Shown: piece by piece, positions 39,730 to 52,448 of the stretch
Layout of the letters: each line of letters begins with the position of its first letter
Position numbering within the stretch: the first letter of the stretch is position 1
Assembly: GCA_963816395.1 (NCBI GenBank)
Contig: CAWFKQ010000007.1
Coordinates: forward strand, 384,001-448,000
Reading direction: 5' to 3'
Length of the DNA stretch: 64,000 bases
Source: an uncultured delta proteobacterium
GTDB lineage: Bacteria; Desulfobacterota; Desulfuromonadia; Desulfuromonadales; JACZKF01
Translations under genes and position numbers: made by a program
The notes under the pieces: generated by a model
What the model was told of the DNA's origin: nothing
Database searches by the model: none
Seen by the model: only the letters and a program-made list of their open reading frames with translations

Positions 39730-41019
39730 TCAATGACTTATTTTTTCGAGCAGTTCCCAGAAATTGGGAAAGGAAGTGGCGGTGCAGGCGGTGTCCTCAA
39801 TTTCCACCGAGGCGGCAGCGCGCAGGGCGGCCACGGCCAGGCTCATGGCAATCCGGTGATCGCCGCCGGAGCTGACGCGGCCGCCGGTGAGGCCATCGAC
39901 GCCGTTGATAACCATGCCGTCCTCGCGGGCCTCCACCTGCGCCCCGAGACAGGTGAGACCGGTCGTCACGGCGGCGATCCGGTCGGTCTCCTTGACCCGC
40001 AGCTCGCGGGCATCGCGGATGACCGTCGTGCCTTCGGCGAAAGCGGCGGCGATGCCGATTACCGGCAACTCGTCAATGGCCCGCGGCACCACCGCGCCGC
40101 CGATCTCGGTCCCCTTCAGCGAACTGCTCTTCACCAGGATGTCGGCCACCGGTTCGCCAGCGATCTCCCGCTGATTCAACAGCTCGAGCGAGCCGCCCAT
40201 CGCCTGGAGGATATCGATAATGCCGCTGCGCGTAGGATTCACTCCGACGTTGCGGACCAGCAACTCGGAACCGGGAACGATCAGGGCGGCCACCAGGAAA
40301 AAGGCGGCCGAGGAAATATCCCCGGGGACAAAGACATCCCGACCCTGCAGGCGCGGGCGCCCGGAAACCGAGACCCCTCCGGCGAAAGGACGGACGTCGG
40401 CACCAAACCAGGCCAACATCCGCTCGCTGTGATCGCGCGACAGATGCGGCTCGCGTACGGTGGTCAGGCCGTCGGCGTAGAGGCCGGCCAGCAGAACGGC
40501 AGATTTGACCTGGGCGCTGGCGATCGGCGAGGTGTAATCGATGGGACGCAGCGCTCCCCCCTGAATAGCCAGTGGGGCCAGATCTCCCCCTCCCCGGCCG
40601 AGAATGCGTGCCCCCATGGCGGTCAGGGGATCGACCACCCGCTTCATCGGCCGGCGGCGCAGGTACTGATCCCCGGTAAGAACGGAGAAGAAGGACTGGC
40701 CGGCGAGCAGGCCGGTCATCAGGCGGATGGTCGTTCCCGAATTGCCGCAATCGAGCACATCATCCGGCTCCGCCAGGCCGTTCAGCCCCCGCCCCTGAAT
40801 CTTCAGCACTCCCCCCGCCAGATCCTCGATGGCGACCCCCATGGCCCGAAAAGCCTTGAGCGTGGCGTGGTTGTCTTCCCCGTGCAGGAAACCGTGCACC
40901 ACCGTCGTCCCTTCGGCCAGGGAGCCGAGCATGATCGAGCGGTGGGAAATCGATTTGTCGCCGGGGACAGCCACCTCCCCGCGCAGAGCACGGACGGGCC
41001 GGACGGTACGGGTTTCCAT
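39730..41019 (-). CDS. aroA: EPSP synthase
   Basis: PGDKSISHR, CGNSGTT, SAQVKSA, RVKETDR, DHRIAM, TSFP.F. Confidence 0.96.
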   Translation of the reverse strand: METRTVRPVRALRGEVAVPGDKSISHRSIMLGSLAEGTTVVHGFLHGEDNHATLKAFRAMGVAIEDLAGGVLKIQGRGLNGLAEPDDVLDCGNSGTTIRLMTGLLAGQSFFSVLTGDQYLRRRPMKRVVDPLTAMGARILGRGGGDLAPLAIQGGALRPIDYTSPIASAQVKSAVLLAGLYADGLTTVREPHLSRDHSERMLAWFGADVRPFAGGVSVSGRPRLQGRDVFVPGDISSAAFFLVAALIVPGSELLVRNVGVNPTRSGIIDILQAMGGSLELLNQREIAGEPVADILVKSSSLKGTEIGGAVVPRAIDELPVIGIAAAFAEGTTVIRDARELRVKETDRIAAVTTGLTCLGAQVEAREDGMVINGVDGLTGGRVSSGGDHRIAMSLAVAALRAAASVEIEDTACTATSFPNFWELLEKISH

Positions 41020-41059
41020 ACAGACCTCGTGAAGACTCGCTTCACCTCCTGCACCTGTC

Positions 41060-41923
41060 TCACAGGATAGCGTCCCGGCTCTCCTTGGAGCGCAGGAAAA
41101 ATTCGAACAGGCGCCCGCCGTCGCCGCAGCGGATATCTTCTTTGAGTTCGCCGAAGAAAGTTTCAAAGCGCTCCATCATCTCCAGCAGGGCGTCACGGTT
41201 GGTGGCGGCGATGTCGCGCCACATGGTCGGATCGGAGGAGGCGATGCGCGTGAAATCGCGGAAACCGCCGGCCGAGTATTCGAGAATATTTTCCTCGTAG
41301 CGGTCATACGAGCCAACGGCGTTGACCAGTGAATAGGCAACCATATGGGGCAGATGACTGATTGCCGCCAAAATGCGATCGTGCTTCTCCACCTTCATCA
41401 GCACCACCTCGCTGCCGACGGTCTCCCACATGCGCCGCACCAGGTCAAGGGCGCTCCCAGCAGTGTGATCGGTGGGGGTGAGGATGCAGCGACGATCCCG
41501 GTAAAGGCTGGCAAAGGCAGCCTCGGCGCCGCTTTTCTCGGTGCCGGCGATGGGATGGCCCGGAACGAAATGGATATCCTGGCGCAGCAGCGGCTCGATG
41601 GCACGCACCACCGCCCCCTTGACGCTGCCGCCGTCGGTAAGGATCGCCCCCGGCTTGAGATGGGGAATGATCGTGGCCGCCACCTCCGCCAGGGACAGCA
41701 CCGGCGTGGCGAGAAAAATCAGGTCGGCCTCCCGGCATCCGGCGACGGCATCGAGGGAGATGCGGTCGATGACCCCCAGCTCGAGGGCTTTTTCCAGATT
41801 CGCCCGGCCTCGACCGACGCCGATTACTTCCCCCACCGCCCCCACTTCTTTCAGGGCCAGGGCCAGGGAGCCGCCAATCAGGCCGACACCGATAATTGCC
41901 AGTTTCGGAATATAAAAGCTCAT
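41060..41923 (-). CDS. tyrA: Prephenate/arogenate dehydrogenase
   Basis: GVGLIGGS, DGGSVK, HPIAGTE, HD..LA.ISHLPH, GFRDFTRIA. Confidence 0.93.
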   Translation of the reverse strand: MSFYIPKLAIIGVGLIGGSLALALKEVGAVGEVIGVGRGRANLEKALELGVIDRISLDAVAGCREADLIFLATPVLSLAEVAATIIPHLKPGAILTDGGSVKGAVVRAIEPLLRQDIHFVPGHPIAGTEKSGAEAAFASLYRDRRCILTPTDHTAGSALDLVRRMWETVGSEVVLMKVEKHDRILAAISHLPHMVAYSLVNAVGSYDRYEENILEYSAGGFRDFTRIASSDPTMWRDIAATNRDALLEMMERFETFFGELKEDIRCGDGGRLFEFFLRSKESRDAIL

Positions 41924-41945
41924 GAATTTTAAATTCTGAATCCCT

Positions 41946-43022
41946 TCACCTTGCCTTCGGATACGAACCCAGCACCTTGACAAACTGGCAGTAATCCTTC
42001 AACTCGGTGATAGCGGTGCGAACGTTTTCTTCTTCAATATGCCCGTCCATATCGAGAAAGAAGATATATTCCCAGGCCTTGGTTTTCATCGGCCGGCTCT
42101 CGATTTTGGACAGGTTGATGCCGCGTTTGCTGAACGGTTCCAGCATGCGATAGAGAATGCCCGGCTCGTCGTGGACGCTGAACATCACGGAGGTCTTGTC
42201 CCGGCCACTGGGCGCCGGGGAGCGGCGGCCGATGACCAGAAAACGGGTGAAGTTGCTGGGGTTGTCCTCGATTTTCTCCTTCACCGTCTTCAGGCCGTAG
42301 AGGGAGGCTGCCATTTCGCTGGCGATGGCGGCCGCGGTATCGTCCTCGGCGGCCATCTGCGCCGCCTGGGCGGTGCTGGCGACATCGACCAGGGGAACCT
42401 CCGGGAGGTTTTCTTCCAGCCAGTGACGGCATTGAGCCAGCGGCTGGGGGTGGGAAAGGATCTTTTTCACATCTTCCAGAGAACCGCTGCGGGAGAGGAG
42501 GAAATGGGAGATCTGCAGCAGGATTTCGGCGCTGATCTGCAGGTCGGACTCCATGAACATGTCCAGGGTGTGGGAAACCACCCCTTCCGTGGAGTTCTCC
42601 ACCGGCACCACGCCGTAATGTACCCGCCCACGTCGGACCTCGTCAAAAATTCCGGGGATGCTCTTCTGCGGCACAAGTTGGGCGGAGAAGCCGAACTGCT
42701 GCATGGCGGCGACGTGAGTGAAGGTTCCCTGCGGTCCGAGAAAAGCCACCTTCATGGGCTGTTCGAGGGAGAGGGAGGCGGAGATGATCTCGCGGAAAAC
42801 CCGGCGGATCGCCTCGGTGGGAAAGGGGCCGGGATTGCTTTCGGCAAGCCGCTGATAAATCGCCTGCTCCCGGCTGGGAACGTAGAAATCCTGGTTCTTG
42901 CCGGCCTTGGCCCGGCCCACCTCGAGGACTACCCGGGCTCGCCGATTGAGCAGTTCCAAAATCTGGTCGTCGATGGCATCGATCTGCTGCCGCAGTCCGC
43001 CGAGCTCTTCTTTTCCGCTCAT
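41946..43022 (-). CDS. pheA: Chorismate mutase/prephenate dehydratase
   Basis: LRQQIDAID (mutase domain), PVENSTEG, N.TRF, IESRP ACT domain. Confidence 0.95.
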   Translation of the reverse strand: MSGKEELGGLRQQIDAIDDQILELLNRRARVVLEVGRAKAGKNQDFYVPSREQAIYQRLAESNPGPFPTEAIRRVFREIISASLSLEQPMKVAFLGPQGTFTHVAAMQQFGFSAQLVPQKSIPGIFDEVRRGRVHYGVVPVENSTEGVVSHTLDMFMESDLQISAEILLQISHFLLSRSGSLEDVKKILSHPQPLAQCRHWLEENLPEVPLVDVASTAQAAQMAAEDDTAAAIASEMAASLYGLKTVKEKIEDNPSNFTRFLVIGRRSPAPSGRDKTSVMFSVHDEPGILYRMLEPFSKRGINLSKIESRPMKTKAWEYIFFLDMDGHIEEENVRTAITELKDYCQFVKVLGSYPKAR

Positions 43023-43215
43023 GGCACTATCCCTTCCCGCCCCGTTGGAACGGGCAATGTAGCCCAAACCGGCGGAAAAAGCAAGGCGTTCAGGGAGGTA
43101 GCGGCACCCTCGGCAAGGCTGTTGCCAGGGGTTTTGGGAGCGGGAAAAATGGAAATTGCCTTTCCCCGGCTTCCCCGCTAAACTGCATTCCTCATTTCAT
43201 TTGAAGGAGTGTGGC

Positions 43216-44430
43216 ATGGCGATAGCAGACAAGGTGAAGGAGTGCATCGAGCGCTCGTCTTGGATTCGTAAGATGTTCGAGGAAGGGGCGCGGCTGCGCC
43301 AGTTGCATGGCGAAGAGAACGTCTTCGACTTCACCCTGGGGAATCCCTCGGTAGAACCGCCGGAGGCGTTTCGCCGCGAGTTGCGGCACTTGGCCGAGCA
43401 TCCCGTGCCGGGCATGCACCGTTATATGAACAACGCCGGCTACGAGGAGACGCGCGCGGCGGTCGCAGCGGTTCTGGCCGAGAATTCTGGATGCCCAGTG
43501 GCGAGCCGCCATGTGCTCATGACCTGCGGCGCCGGGGGAGCGCTCAACGTCGCCCTGAAAACGATCCTCAATCCGGGGGAAGAGGTGATCATCCTCGCCC
43601 CCTATTTCGTCGAGTATAAATTCTACATCGATAATCACGGCGGCGTCAGCCGGGAGGCGTGGACCGACCGGGAGAGCTTCCAGCTCGACATTGCCGCCAT
43701 CGAGCGGGCGATCGGCCCATCAACTCGAGCTGTCATTGTCAATTCCCCCAACAACCCGACCGGGGTGATCTACCCGGAGGAGAGCCTGCGGGCCCTAGGA
43801 GAGATGCTGGAACGGAAGGGCCGTGAACTCGGCCGGCAGATTTATGTCATCTCCGACGAACCCTACGCCCGCCTCTCCTACGACGGCCAGCGCGTGCCGG
43901 CGGTTTTCTCCTGCATCCGCAACGCAATCGTCGTCACTTCCCATTCCAAGGACCTCGCCCTGCCCGGGGAGCGCATCGGCTATGTGGCGGCCAATCCCGC
44001 TATGGAGGAGGTCGACCTGTTCCTGGAGGGAGCGGTCTTCTGCAACCGGGTCCTCGGCTTCGTCAATGCCCCGGCGCTGATGCAGCGCCTGGTGGCCAAG
44101 CTCCAGCGGGAGAGCGTCGATATCGGCGAATACCAGCGCAAACGGGACCTGCTTTACGAACACTTGACCGGCCTCGGTTTCCGCATAGTGAAACCCGGCG
44201 GCGGCTTTTATCTCTTCCCGCAATCTCCCCTGCCCGACGATATCGCCTTCGTCCGCCTGGCCCAGAAACACAATATTCTGCTGGTGCCGGGGGCGGGTTT
44301 CGGCGCCCCGGGATATTTCCGCATTGCCTATTGCGTCGACGAGGCGACGATCCGCCGCAGTCTGCCGGCATGGGACCGGCTGGCGGCCGAACTCGACCGG
44401 GATGGCTTGGAAGGGGAAAGGGCGCGGTGA
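43216..44430 (+). CDS. PLP-dependent class I aminotransferase (aspartate aminotransferase-like)
   Basis: SWIRKMFEEG, NSPNNPTG, DEPY, S.SKDLALPGERIG. Confidence 0.9.
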   Translation: MAIADKVKECIERSSWIRKMFEEGARLRQLHGEENVFDFTLGNPSVEPPEAFRRELRHLAEHPVPGMHRYMNNAGYEETRAAVAAVLAENSGCPVASRHVLMTCGAGGALNVALKTILNPGEEVIILAPYFVEYKFYIDNHGGVSREAWTDRESFQLDIAAIERAIGPSTRAVIVNSPNNPTGVIYPEESLRALGEMLERKGRELGRQIYVISDEPYARLSYDGQRVPAVFSCIRNAIVVTSHSKDLALPGERIGYVAANPAMEEVDLFLEGAVFCNRVLGFVNAPALMQRLVAKLQRESVDIGEYQRKRDLLYEHLTGLGFRIVKPGGGFYLFPQSPLPDDIAFVRLAQKHNILLVPGAGFGAPGYFRIAYCVDEATIRRSLPAWDRLAAELDRDGLEGERAR

Positions 44431-44550
44431 GCCTTGATTTTCGCTGATGGCCCGGGCGACAGGACCTGCGGTTCGGGCGCAGAATGCAGCCTCATGCGCC
44501 CGGGGTCGGGATTCCCCGCTGTTGAGCGTAGCCAGGGTCGGAAGGGGATG

Positions 44551-46273
44551 TTATTGATCGGCTGACCGGCAGTCCCGGATCCTCAATTGTACCGATCGAG
44601 TACCGCGCCAGTCATTGAAGGCCGGGGTGAAAAGAATATCGATATTTCCCCGCAATTCGGGCGCCCGGTCGGCCATGCCGAAAGCGATGCAGGGGAAACT
44701 GCAGCCGCCCTGGCGGGCGGTGAAGCGCAGATGATTTTCACCGACCGGGCATACCTGGCGCGCCTGCACTCCCAGGGCGATGAAGGACGGTTCCGGGTTG
44801 CCGGCGCCGAAGGGCGCAAGACCGGAGATTTCCCGCACCACCTCCGGAGTTATTTCTTCGAACAGCACCTCTCCATCGTGCAGCAGCCGCGGGAGCAGAT
44901 CCTCCTCCCTGAGCACCTCCCGGGCCACTTGTTCGAAGGCGGCGGCAAAGACGCTGAGATTTCTTTCGGCGATGGTCAGGCCGGCGGCGCATTCGTGGCC
45001 GCCGAAGCCCTCCAGGTGCCCGCCACAACGCTGCAGGGCATGAAAGAGGTGGAGGCCGGCGATGGAACGTGCCGATCCCTTGCCAATGCCGTTCTGCAGG
45101 GCAATGAGAATGGTCGGCCGATGGTAACGTTCCACCAGGCGGCTGGCGACGATGCCGATGACGCCGGGATGCCAGCGGGAGTCGGCAAGAACGATGGCAT
45201 ACTCTCCCCCCTCTCCCTGTTCCAGTCGCTCCACGGCCTGTCTCAGAGTCTCCTCCTCGAACCGCTGCCGCTGCCGGTTAAAAAGATCGAGCTGCTCGGC
45301 AATGGCCTGCGCCGGGGCGGCTTCGCCGGCGAGCATAAGTTCCACCCCCAGCGCGGCATCTTCCAACCGGCCGGCGGCATTGAGACGAGGGGCAAGGCGA
45401 AAGGCTACGGCGCCGCAGTTGACCTCCTTTACTGCCGCCACCTTTTTCAGCGCCTCCAGGCCGGGTCTTTCCGAACGGGCGATGACCTTCAGCCCGACCC
45501 GAGTCAGTAAACGGTTGACCCCGGTCAGAGGCACCACATCGGCAATCGTGCCCAGGGCGACCAGGTCGAGGGAACGGCGCAGGTCCGGCTCGTCCCTCCC
45601 ACCGAAGGCGCCCTTCTCCCGCAAGACCTTGCGCAGGGCGACCAGGAGAAAAAAGGCCACTCCCACCCCTGCCAGACTCCTGTAGGGAAAGGCGCTCCCC
45701 GCTAGACGCGGGGTGCACGATGGCGCAGGCCGGCGGCAGGCGATCAGGAGGCTCATGGTGGTCGGTGATGATGAGGTCGAGGTCCAGGGAAGCGGCCAGG
45801 CTGGCTTCGGCAGCGGCGGAGATACCGCAATCGACGGAGAGGATAACCCGGGCTCCGGCCGCCGCAGCCTGCTTCAGGGCAGCGGCGGAAAGGCCGTAGC
45901 CGTCGCGTAGCCGCAGGGGAATATGATATTCGACACGGGCGCCAAAAGCCCGCAGGTTTTCCACCAGGAGGGCCGCGCCGGTGATGCCGTCGACGTCATA
46001 GTCGCCGTGCACCGAGATCAATTCACCATTGGCAATGGCGTCGGCCAGGCGGTTGGCAGCCGGGGCGGCTCCCGGCAGGAGGAAGGGATCAGGGAGAGCC
46101 GCCAGCCGCCCGTCAAGAAAGGCAAGCCCCTCGGCAACGGAACGGATGCCGCGGAAAAGAAGCGTCCGCCCGGTCAGGGCGGACAGCCCCAGACCGGCGC
46201 AGAGGGGAGCGAGCTGTTGCAGAACCGCCGCATCCCCCCGCCACAGCCAGTGCCGGCCGCTTACCGGCTGCAT
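44551..46273 (-). CDS. recJ: Single-stranded DNA exonuclease RecJ; frameshift at ~45712
   Basis: GDYDVDG, DCG, TDHH in ORF 45278..46909; LAGVGV, GTIADV, PRLNAAGR, GSARS, GGH..AAG, PFG.GNPEP in ORF 44551..45756. Confidence 0.92.
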
Positions 46274-46313
46274 ATGTTTTCCGCCCCGGCGGCCGGCCGC
46301 TGCGGGCAGCCGG

Positions 46314-46909
46314 TCATTTTGCCGGCTGGGCGGCCGGGGCAGGCGCCGACGAGCTCGCTGGGTCGGGTGGGTGCGGATGAATTCGAGCTCAGCGCGAATC
46401 TGATCGGCGCCGGGACCGCTCGGGTTCAACTGCAGAAAGCGGGTCCAGACCTCGGCCGCCTTGGGAAAGTCGTTCAGATCATACCGGTAGACCACTCCCA
46501 GGTTGAACAGGCTCTGCAGATGGGCGGGATTGATCTTGCCGGCCTTGGTGAAATTGGCGATCGCCCGATCGAACCAGCCGAGACGGCGGAACATGATCCC
46601 CTGATCGGTGAGCAGGTCCGGATCATTGGGGTCCATCTCCAGCGCCTTGCCGTAAGCCTCGACCGCTTTCGCCGCCTGATCCGAATCGAAATAGCTGTTC
46701 CCCAACTGGACCCAGGCATTGCGGTTACCGGGATCCTTAGCCACAATCCCCTCCAGGATGCGGATCTTATCCTGGTAATTGACCGCCGGCGCCGCCGTTC
46801 CGGCGGGCGCCGCACTTTCCTTCCCCCGGTCCCCCTTGCTGACCAGAATACCGATCAGCAGGCCGACGACCAAGGCGATGCCGACGATCAGAACCGTCTC
46901 TTTTTTCAT
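46314..46909 (-). CDS. Membrane-anchored TPR protein; frameshift at ~46362 makes it read into recJ
   Basis: N-terminal TM segment and TPR repeats; the shifted frame ends SSSAPAPAAQPAK* at 46314. Confidence 0.8.
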
Positions 46910-46910
46910 C

Positions 46911-47855
46911 TCAGGTATTCCTTTGACTGATTACCCCTTTGGCCGGTACTGCGGACTTCCCGTCCTTGTGTTTCTCCCAGAGGAGCAGGACCGGGCTGGC
47001 CACGTAGATGGAAGAATAGGTTCCGACGATGATCCCGACGAGCATGGCAAAAGCGAAGCTGTTAATGACGGTCCCGCCGAAGAAAAACAGGGCAAGTACC
47101 GCCAGCATGGTCATCCCGGAGGTCATGACTGTTCGAGAAAGAGTTTCATTGATGCTGCGATTGATAATCGATGACAGATTATCCTTGGGATGCTTCCCCA
47201 TATTTTCGCGAATCCGGTCGCAGACAATGACCGTGTCGTTGACGGAATAACCGATGATGGTGAGAAAGGCGGCAATAATGGTCAGGTCGATCTCCCTGTT
47301 GAGCAGGGAAAAGAACGTGAGAGTGATGAGCACATCATGGACCAGGGCGATGACGGCCCCGACCCCGAAGCGGAATTCAAACCGCCAGGTGATGTAGATG
47401 AGCATGCCGGCAATGGCAAAAAGAACCGCCATCAATCCTTTATTGCGCAAGTTCTTGCTGACCTTGGGCCCGACCATTTCGGTACGGCGGATTTCCACCT
47501 TCCCCTCCCCGTAGGTCTTCTCCAGGGTGGTCTTGATCCTGGCGGCCAGACTCTCCAACTCTGTGCTCGATTCCTGCGCCCGCACGAGAAATTCGTCCGG
47601 CTGAGTTCCGAACTGCTGGATGGTCATGCTGCGCAGTCCCAAATCCTTCAGGGCATCCCGAACCTTCGCTGCTGAGGTGCTCTCGCCGAAACGAACCTGC
47701 ACCAGGGTGCCGCCGGCGAAATCGATCCCGTAAGAAGGGCCGCCCTTGACCACCAGGGAAACGATCCCTATCAGAATAAGGACCAGGGAAAAAGCGAAGG
47801 CAATCTTACGCTTGCCGACAAAATCAATATTGGTATTGGGTTTGATTATTTCCAT
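46911..47855 (-). CDS. secF: Protein translocase subunit SecF
   Basis: GIDFAGG, VGP, HDV, IGYSVNDT...DRIRE, GTYSS. Confidence 0.96.
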   Translation of the reverse strand: MEIIKPNTNIDFVGKRKIAFAFSLVLILIGIVSLVVKGGPSYGIDFAGGTLVQVRFGESTSAAKVRDALKDLGLRSMTIQQFGTQPDEFLVRAQESSTELESLAARIKTTLEKTYGEGKVEIRRTEMVGPKVSKNLRNKGLMAVLFAIAGMLIYITWRFEFRFGVGAVIALVHDVLITLTFFSLLNREIDLTIIAAFLTIIGYSVNDTVIVCDRIRENMGKHPKDNLSSIINRSINETLSRTVMTSGMTMLAVLALFFFGGTVINSFAFAMLVGIIVGTYSSIYVASPVLLLWEKHKDGKSAVPAKGVISQRNT

Positions 47856-47865
47856 CGGCCTTTCC

Positions 47866-49464
47866 TCAAATGCTCAGCCGCTTGATCGTGCGGCGTTCCA
47901 GGAAGAAGTGGTAAATGAGCCGGGTGATGAACAAGGCGGAGAACAGGGTGGTGAGGATGCCAGCCGAAAGAGTGACAGCGAATCCCTTGACCGGACCGGT
48001 GCCGAACTGGAACAGAATCAGCCCGGCGAGCAAAGTGGTAAGGTTGGAGTCCATGACGGTCCAGAAGGCCTTGGCATAGCCGGCTTCCAGGCTGGCCCGG
48101 GCGGTTTTCCCCAAGCGCAGTTCCTCGCGTATGCGCTCGTTGATCAGCACGTTGGCATCGACCGCCATGCCGAGGGTCAGGGCGATACCGGCGATGCCGG
48201 GCAGGGTCAGAGTCGCTTTGAAAAGGCTGAGAATGGCCAGAATGAAGAGCAGGTTCATGCCCAGGGCGATATTGGCGACTATGCCAGCCCACTTGTAGTA
48301 AATCACCATGGCCACAACCACCAGAATTCCCGCCAGAAGAACGGCGATAATCCCCTGATGGATGGAATCCCGGCCGAGGGAAGGTCCGACGGTGCGGTTT
48401 TCCAGGATCTTCACCGGCGCCGGCAGGGAGCCGGCCCGCAGGACGATGGCCAGGTCGGTGGCCTCCTGGGAGGTGAAGGAGCCGCTGATCTGGGCGCTCC
48501 CTCCGGAAATCCGCTCGCGGATCACCGGGGCGGAATAGACGGTGTTATCCAGAACGATGGCCATCCGTTTACCGACGTTGGCGGCGGTAATCTGGTCGAA
48601 CCGTTTGGCCCCGAGTGAATTGAAATCAATGGAGACATAAGGCTCATTGAAGCGGGAATCGATCCGGACCTGGGCGTCGGACAACAGATCGCCAGTCAGG
48701 ACAGTCTTGTCCTTGACCACGATGGGGATCTCGGTCACCGTTCCATTTTGTGGATCTACCTTGCGCTCATACAGGATTTCGTCACCCGGGGGAAGCTTCC
48801 CCTTGAGGGCCTCCTGTGCGTTGACATCCTCGTCGACCATCTTGAAATCGAGACGGGCGGTTTTACCCAGCAGGGCGATGGCGCGCTGCGGATCCTTGAC
48901 CCCGGGAAGCTGGATCAGGATGTCGTTATCCCCCTGGCGCTGAATGGTCGGTTCACTGACCCCGAACTGGTCCACACGGTTGCGCAGAGTTTCCAGTGCC
49001 TGGCGGATGGCGTAGTCCTTGATGCGGGCGATTTCATTTTCGCTGAGGCGGTAGTCCTTCTGGATATAGCCCCCCTCTTCCTTGAGCGTCAGCGGCTCCA
49101 GGGTGGGGAAATTATCCTTCATCAGGGCATCGACCTTGGCACCGGCGGTCTGGTCATAGACCGTCACTCCCACCAGGTCGCCGGGCAGGCGGGTCACCCG
49201 TTTGAAGACGACATCCTTTTCCCGCAGGAGGGAATCGGTCTGGTCGACGATGCTGTCGACCCGGCTCTCGACCGCCTTATCCACGTCGACCCCCAACACC
49301 AGGTGCATCCCCCCCTGCAGGTCGAGGCCGAGATGAATCGGATCGAAGGCCTTTTTCCACCAATCGGGAAGACTCTGCGAAAAAAACGTAGGGGCTAGGG
49401 ATACCAGTGCGAGGACCAGGAGAAGCAGGACCAGCAGTCCTCGCCATTGGATACTTTTGGACAT
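47866..49464 (-). CDS. secD: Protein translocase subunit SecD
   Basis: LGLDLQGG, GVSEP, GPSLG, GMAVDAN, GPVKGFA. Confidence 0.96.
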   Translation of the reverse strand: MSKSIQWRGLLVLLLLVLALVSLAPTFFSQSLPDWWKKAFDPIHLGLDLQGGMHLVLGVDVDKAVESRVDSIVDQTDSLLREKDVVFKRVTRLPGDLVGVTVYDQTAGAKVDALMKDNFPTLEPLTLKEEGGYIQKDYRLSENEIARIKDYAIRQALETLRNRVDQFGVSEPTIQRQGDNDILIQLPGVKDPQRAIALLGKTARLDFKMVDEDVNAQEALKGKLPPGDEILYERKVDPQNGTVTEIPIVVKDKTVLTGDLLSDAQVRIDSRFNEPYVSIDFNSLGAKRFDQITAANVGKRMAIVLDNTVYSAPVIRERISGGSAQISGSFTSQEATDLAIVLRAGSLPAPVKILENRTVGPSLGRDSIHQGIIAVLLAGILVVVAMVIYYKWAGIVANIALGMNLLFILAILSLFKATLTLPGIAGIALTLGMAVDANVLINERIREELRLGKTARASLEAGYAKAFWTVMDSNLTTLLAGLILFQFGTGPVKGFAVTLSAGILTTLFSALFITRLIYHFFLERRTIKRLSI

Positions 49465-49540
49465 GGCTGAATGAACTCCTTTCGGGAATTTCCGGGCGGC
49501 CGGCGCTTACCGGCAGCCGAAAACGGACGCCTGGCGGCGG

Positions 49541-49870
49541 TCAGCCTTCCTGCTTGGCGCCGATAACGGAAGAGCGGTTGACTTTGACTTTGACACCCGT
49601 CGCCACTTCGAGAACCACAAGGGTTTCCTGCAATGCCGAGACTTTTCCATGCAGCCCGCCGGCGGTAACCACCTGATCTCCCACCTTAAGGTTTTCGATG
49701 AGTTGCTTGTGCTGCTTGGCGCGCTTCTGCTGCGGGCGAATCAGCAGAAAATAGAAAATGGCGAACATGATCACCAGCATGATGATCCCCTCGTACCCTG
49801 GACGCTGCTGGCCTGCGCCCGTGCCGTTGCCGGCCATGGCAAAGGCTTCGGAAATGCCGAACAAATTCAT
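49541..49870 (-). CDS. yajC: Preprotein translocase subunit YajC
   Basis: FYFLLIRPQQK, GDQVVTAGG. Confidence 0.95.
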   Translation of the reverse strand: MNLFGISEAFAMAGNGTGAGQQRPGYEGIIMLVIMFAIFYFLLIRPQQKRAKQHKQLIENLKVGDQVVTAGGLHGKVSALQETLVVLEVATGVKVKVNRSSVIGAKQEG

Positions 49871-49937
49871 TGGTGACCTCCTTCAGGTGGTGAATACTTC
49901 CGATGCTGTAAATAGCAGGCGACAGGCAAACATGTCA

Positions 49938-51147
<1,210 letters not shown>

Positions 51148-51148
<1 letters not shown>

Positions 51149-52179
51149 TAGACAATCAACATGCAATCGCCGTAGCTGAAGAAGCGGAATCCTTCGCGAA
51201 CGGCACGCTGATAAGCCTGGAGAATGAATTCCCGGCCGGCAAAGGCTGCCGTGAGCATCAACAGGGTCGAACAGGGCAGGTGAAAATTGGTGATCAGGGC
51301 ATCAATCACACGGAAACGAAACCCCGGATAGATGAAAAGATCGGTCATCCCCCCACCGGCCAGCACTCGTCCGTCATCGTCGACGGCGAACTCCAGGGTG
51401 CGGGTGACGGTAGTCCCCATGGCGAATACCCGCCGCCCCTCGGCCTTGGCCCGGTTGACTGCGGCGGCAGTTGTCTCCGGGATGTCGAAAATCTCGCCGT
51501 GCATCCGGTGCTGGCGCACATCGTCCACCCGCACCGGCAGAAAAGTGCCGAGCCCCACATGCAGGGTCAGGGGCCGGATCTCCACTCCCCGTTCACCCAG
51601 TCCGGCCAGGACCGCCTCGGTGAAATGCAGGCCGGCTGTTGGCGCCGCCACCGCCCCAGGAACTCGGGCGAATATCGTCTGATACCGTTCGCGATCGAGG
51701 GGTCCGTCCTCGCGCCGGATATAGGGCGGCAGCGGGATACGCCCGGTCCGCTCCAGTGCGCGGTGGAAATCGTCGGCGCAGGTGAAGCGGATCAGCCGGT
51801 GGGGGGGCTCGCCGCCGGCCAGTACCAGCCCTTCGATCTCTTCCCCCAGGCGCAGGCGACAGCCGGGCCGCGGAGGTTTCGAGCAGCGGGTCAGACAGAC
51901 CCAGTCCTCTTCCTCGCCCGGGAGCCGCCGTACCAGAAAGACCTCGATTTTGCCGCCGGTATCCTTCTGCCCCCGCAGGCGGGCCGGGATGACCCGCGTA
52001 TCGTTGATCACCAGCAGATCCCCGGGAACGAAATAATCGGCGATTTCCGGGAAGTTCCGGGAATAAACCGTCTGTTCACTACGGTGCAGAACCATCAACC
52101 GGGAATCTTCGCGGGCGGGCGCTGGGTGCTGGGCAATCAGCCCAGGAGAAAGATCAAAATTATATTCGTCCAGGCGCAT
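51148..52179 (-). CDS. queA: S-adenosylmethionine:tRNA ribosyltransferase-isomerase
   Basis: LIAQ.P, PLPPYI, AAPTAGLHF, TNFHLP, FFSYGD. Confidence 0.96.
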
Positions 52180-52259
52180 AGGGCCGCCGGCAGTTGCCGG
52201 CCTCGAAAACAGCGTATAAATCAATCATAGTTGAGGGGCAAAGTCAAATTTTTTCGCCC

Positions 52260-52448
52260 CTAGCTACGCGCCAGGTAAATCACCAGCAGGCCGCCACCCA
52301 TCGCCGCCAGTCCGGCAAAACGCAGCATGGGATCGGGTGCCGCAGTCAGCTGCCGCAGCAGCTTCCGCATCATCCGGGGAGACAGGAACCAGGGGATTCC
52401 CTCCACTACCAGCAGCAGGCCGCATGCCGTCGCCAGAAGCTCTGTCAT
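52260..52448 (-). CDS. DUF2065 (YjeT-like) small membrane protein
   Basis: GLLLVVEGI..FLSP...LR..GL. Confidence 0.75.
   Translation of the reverse strand: MTELLATACGLLLVVEGIPWFLSPRMMRKLLRQLTAAPDPMLRFAGLAAMGGGLLVIYLARS

Noticed and set aside
45278..46909. Apparent TPR-RecJ fusion ORF
   Set aside because: A one-base shift at ~46362 gives the TPR gene a natural end at 46314, and recJ has its own ATG at 46273 with an RBS. Likely an indel artefact.
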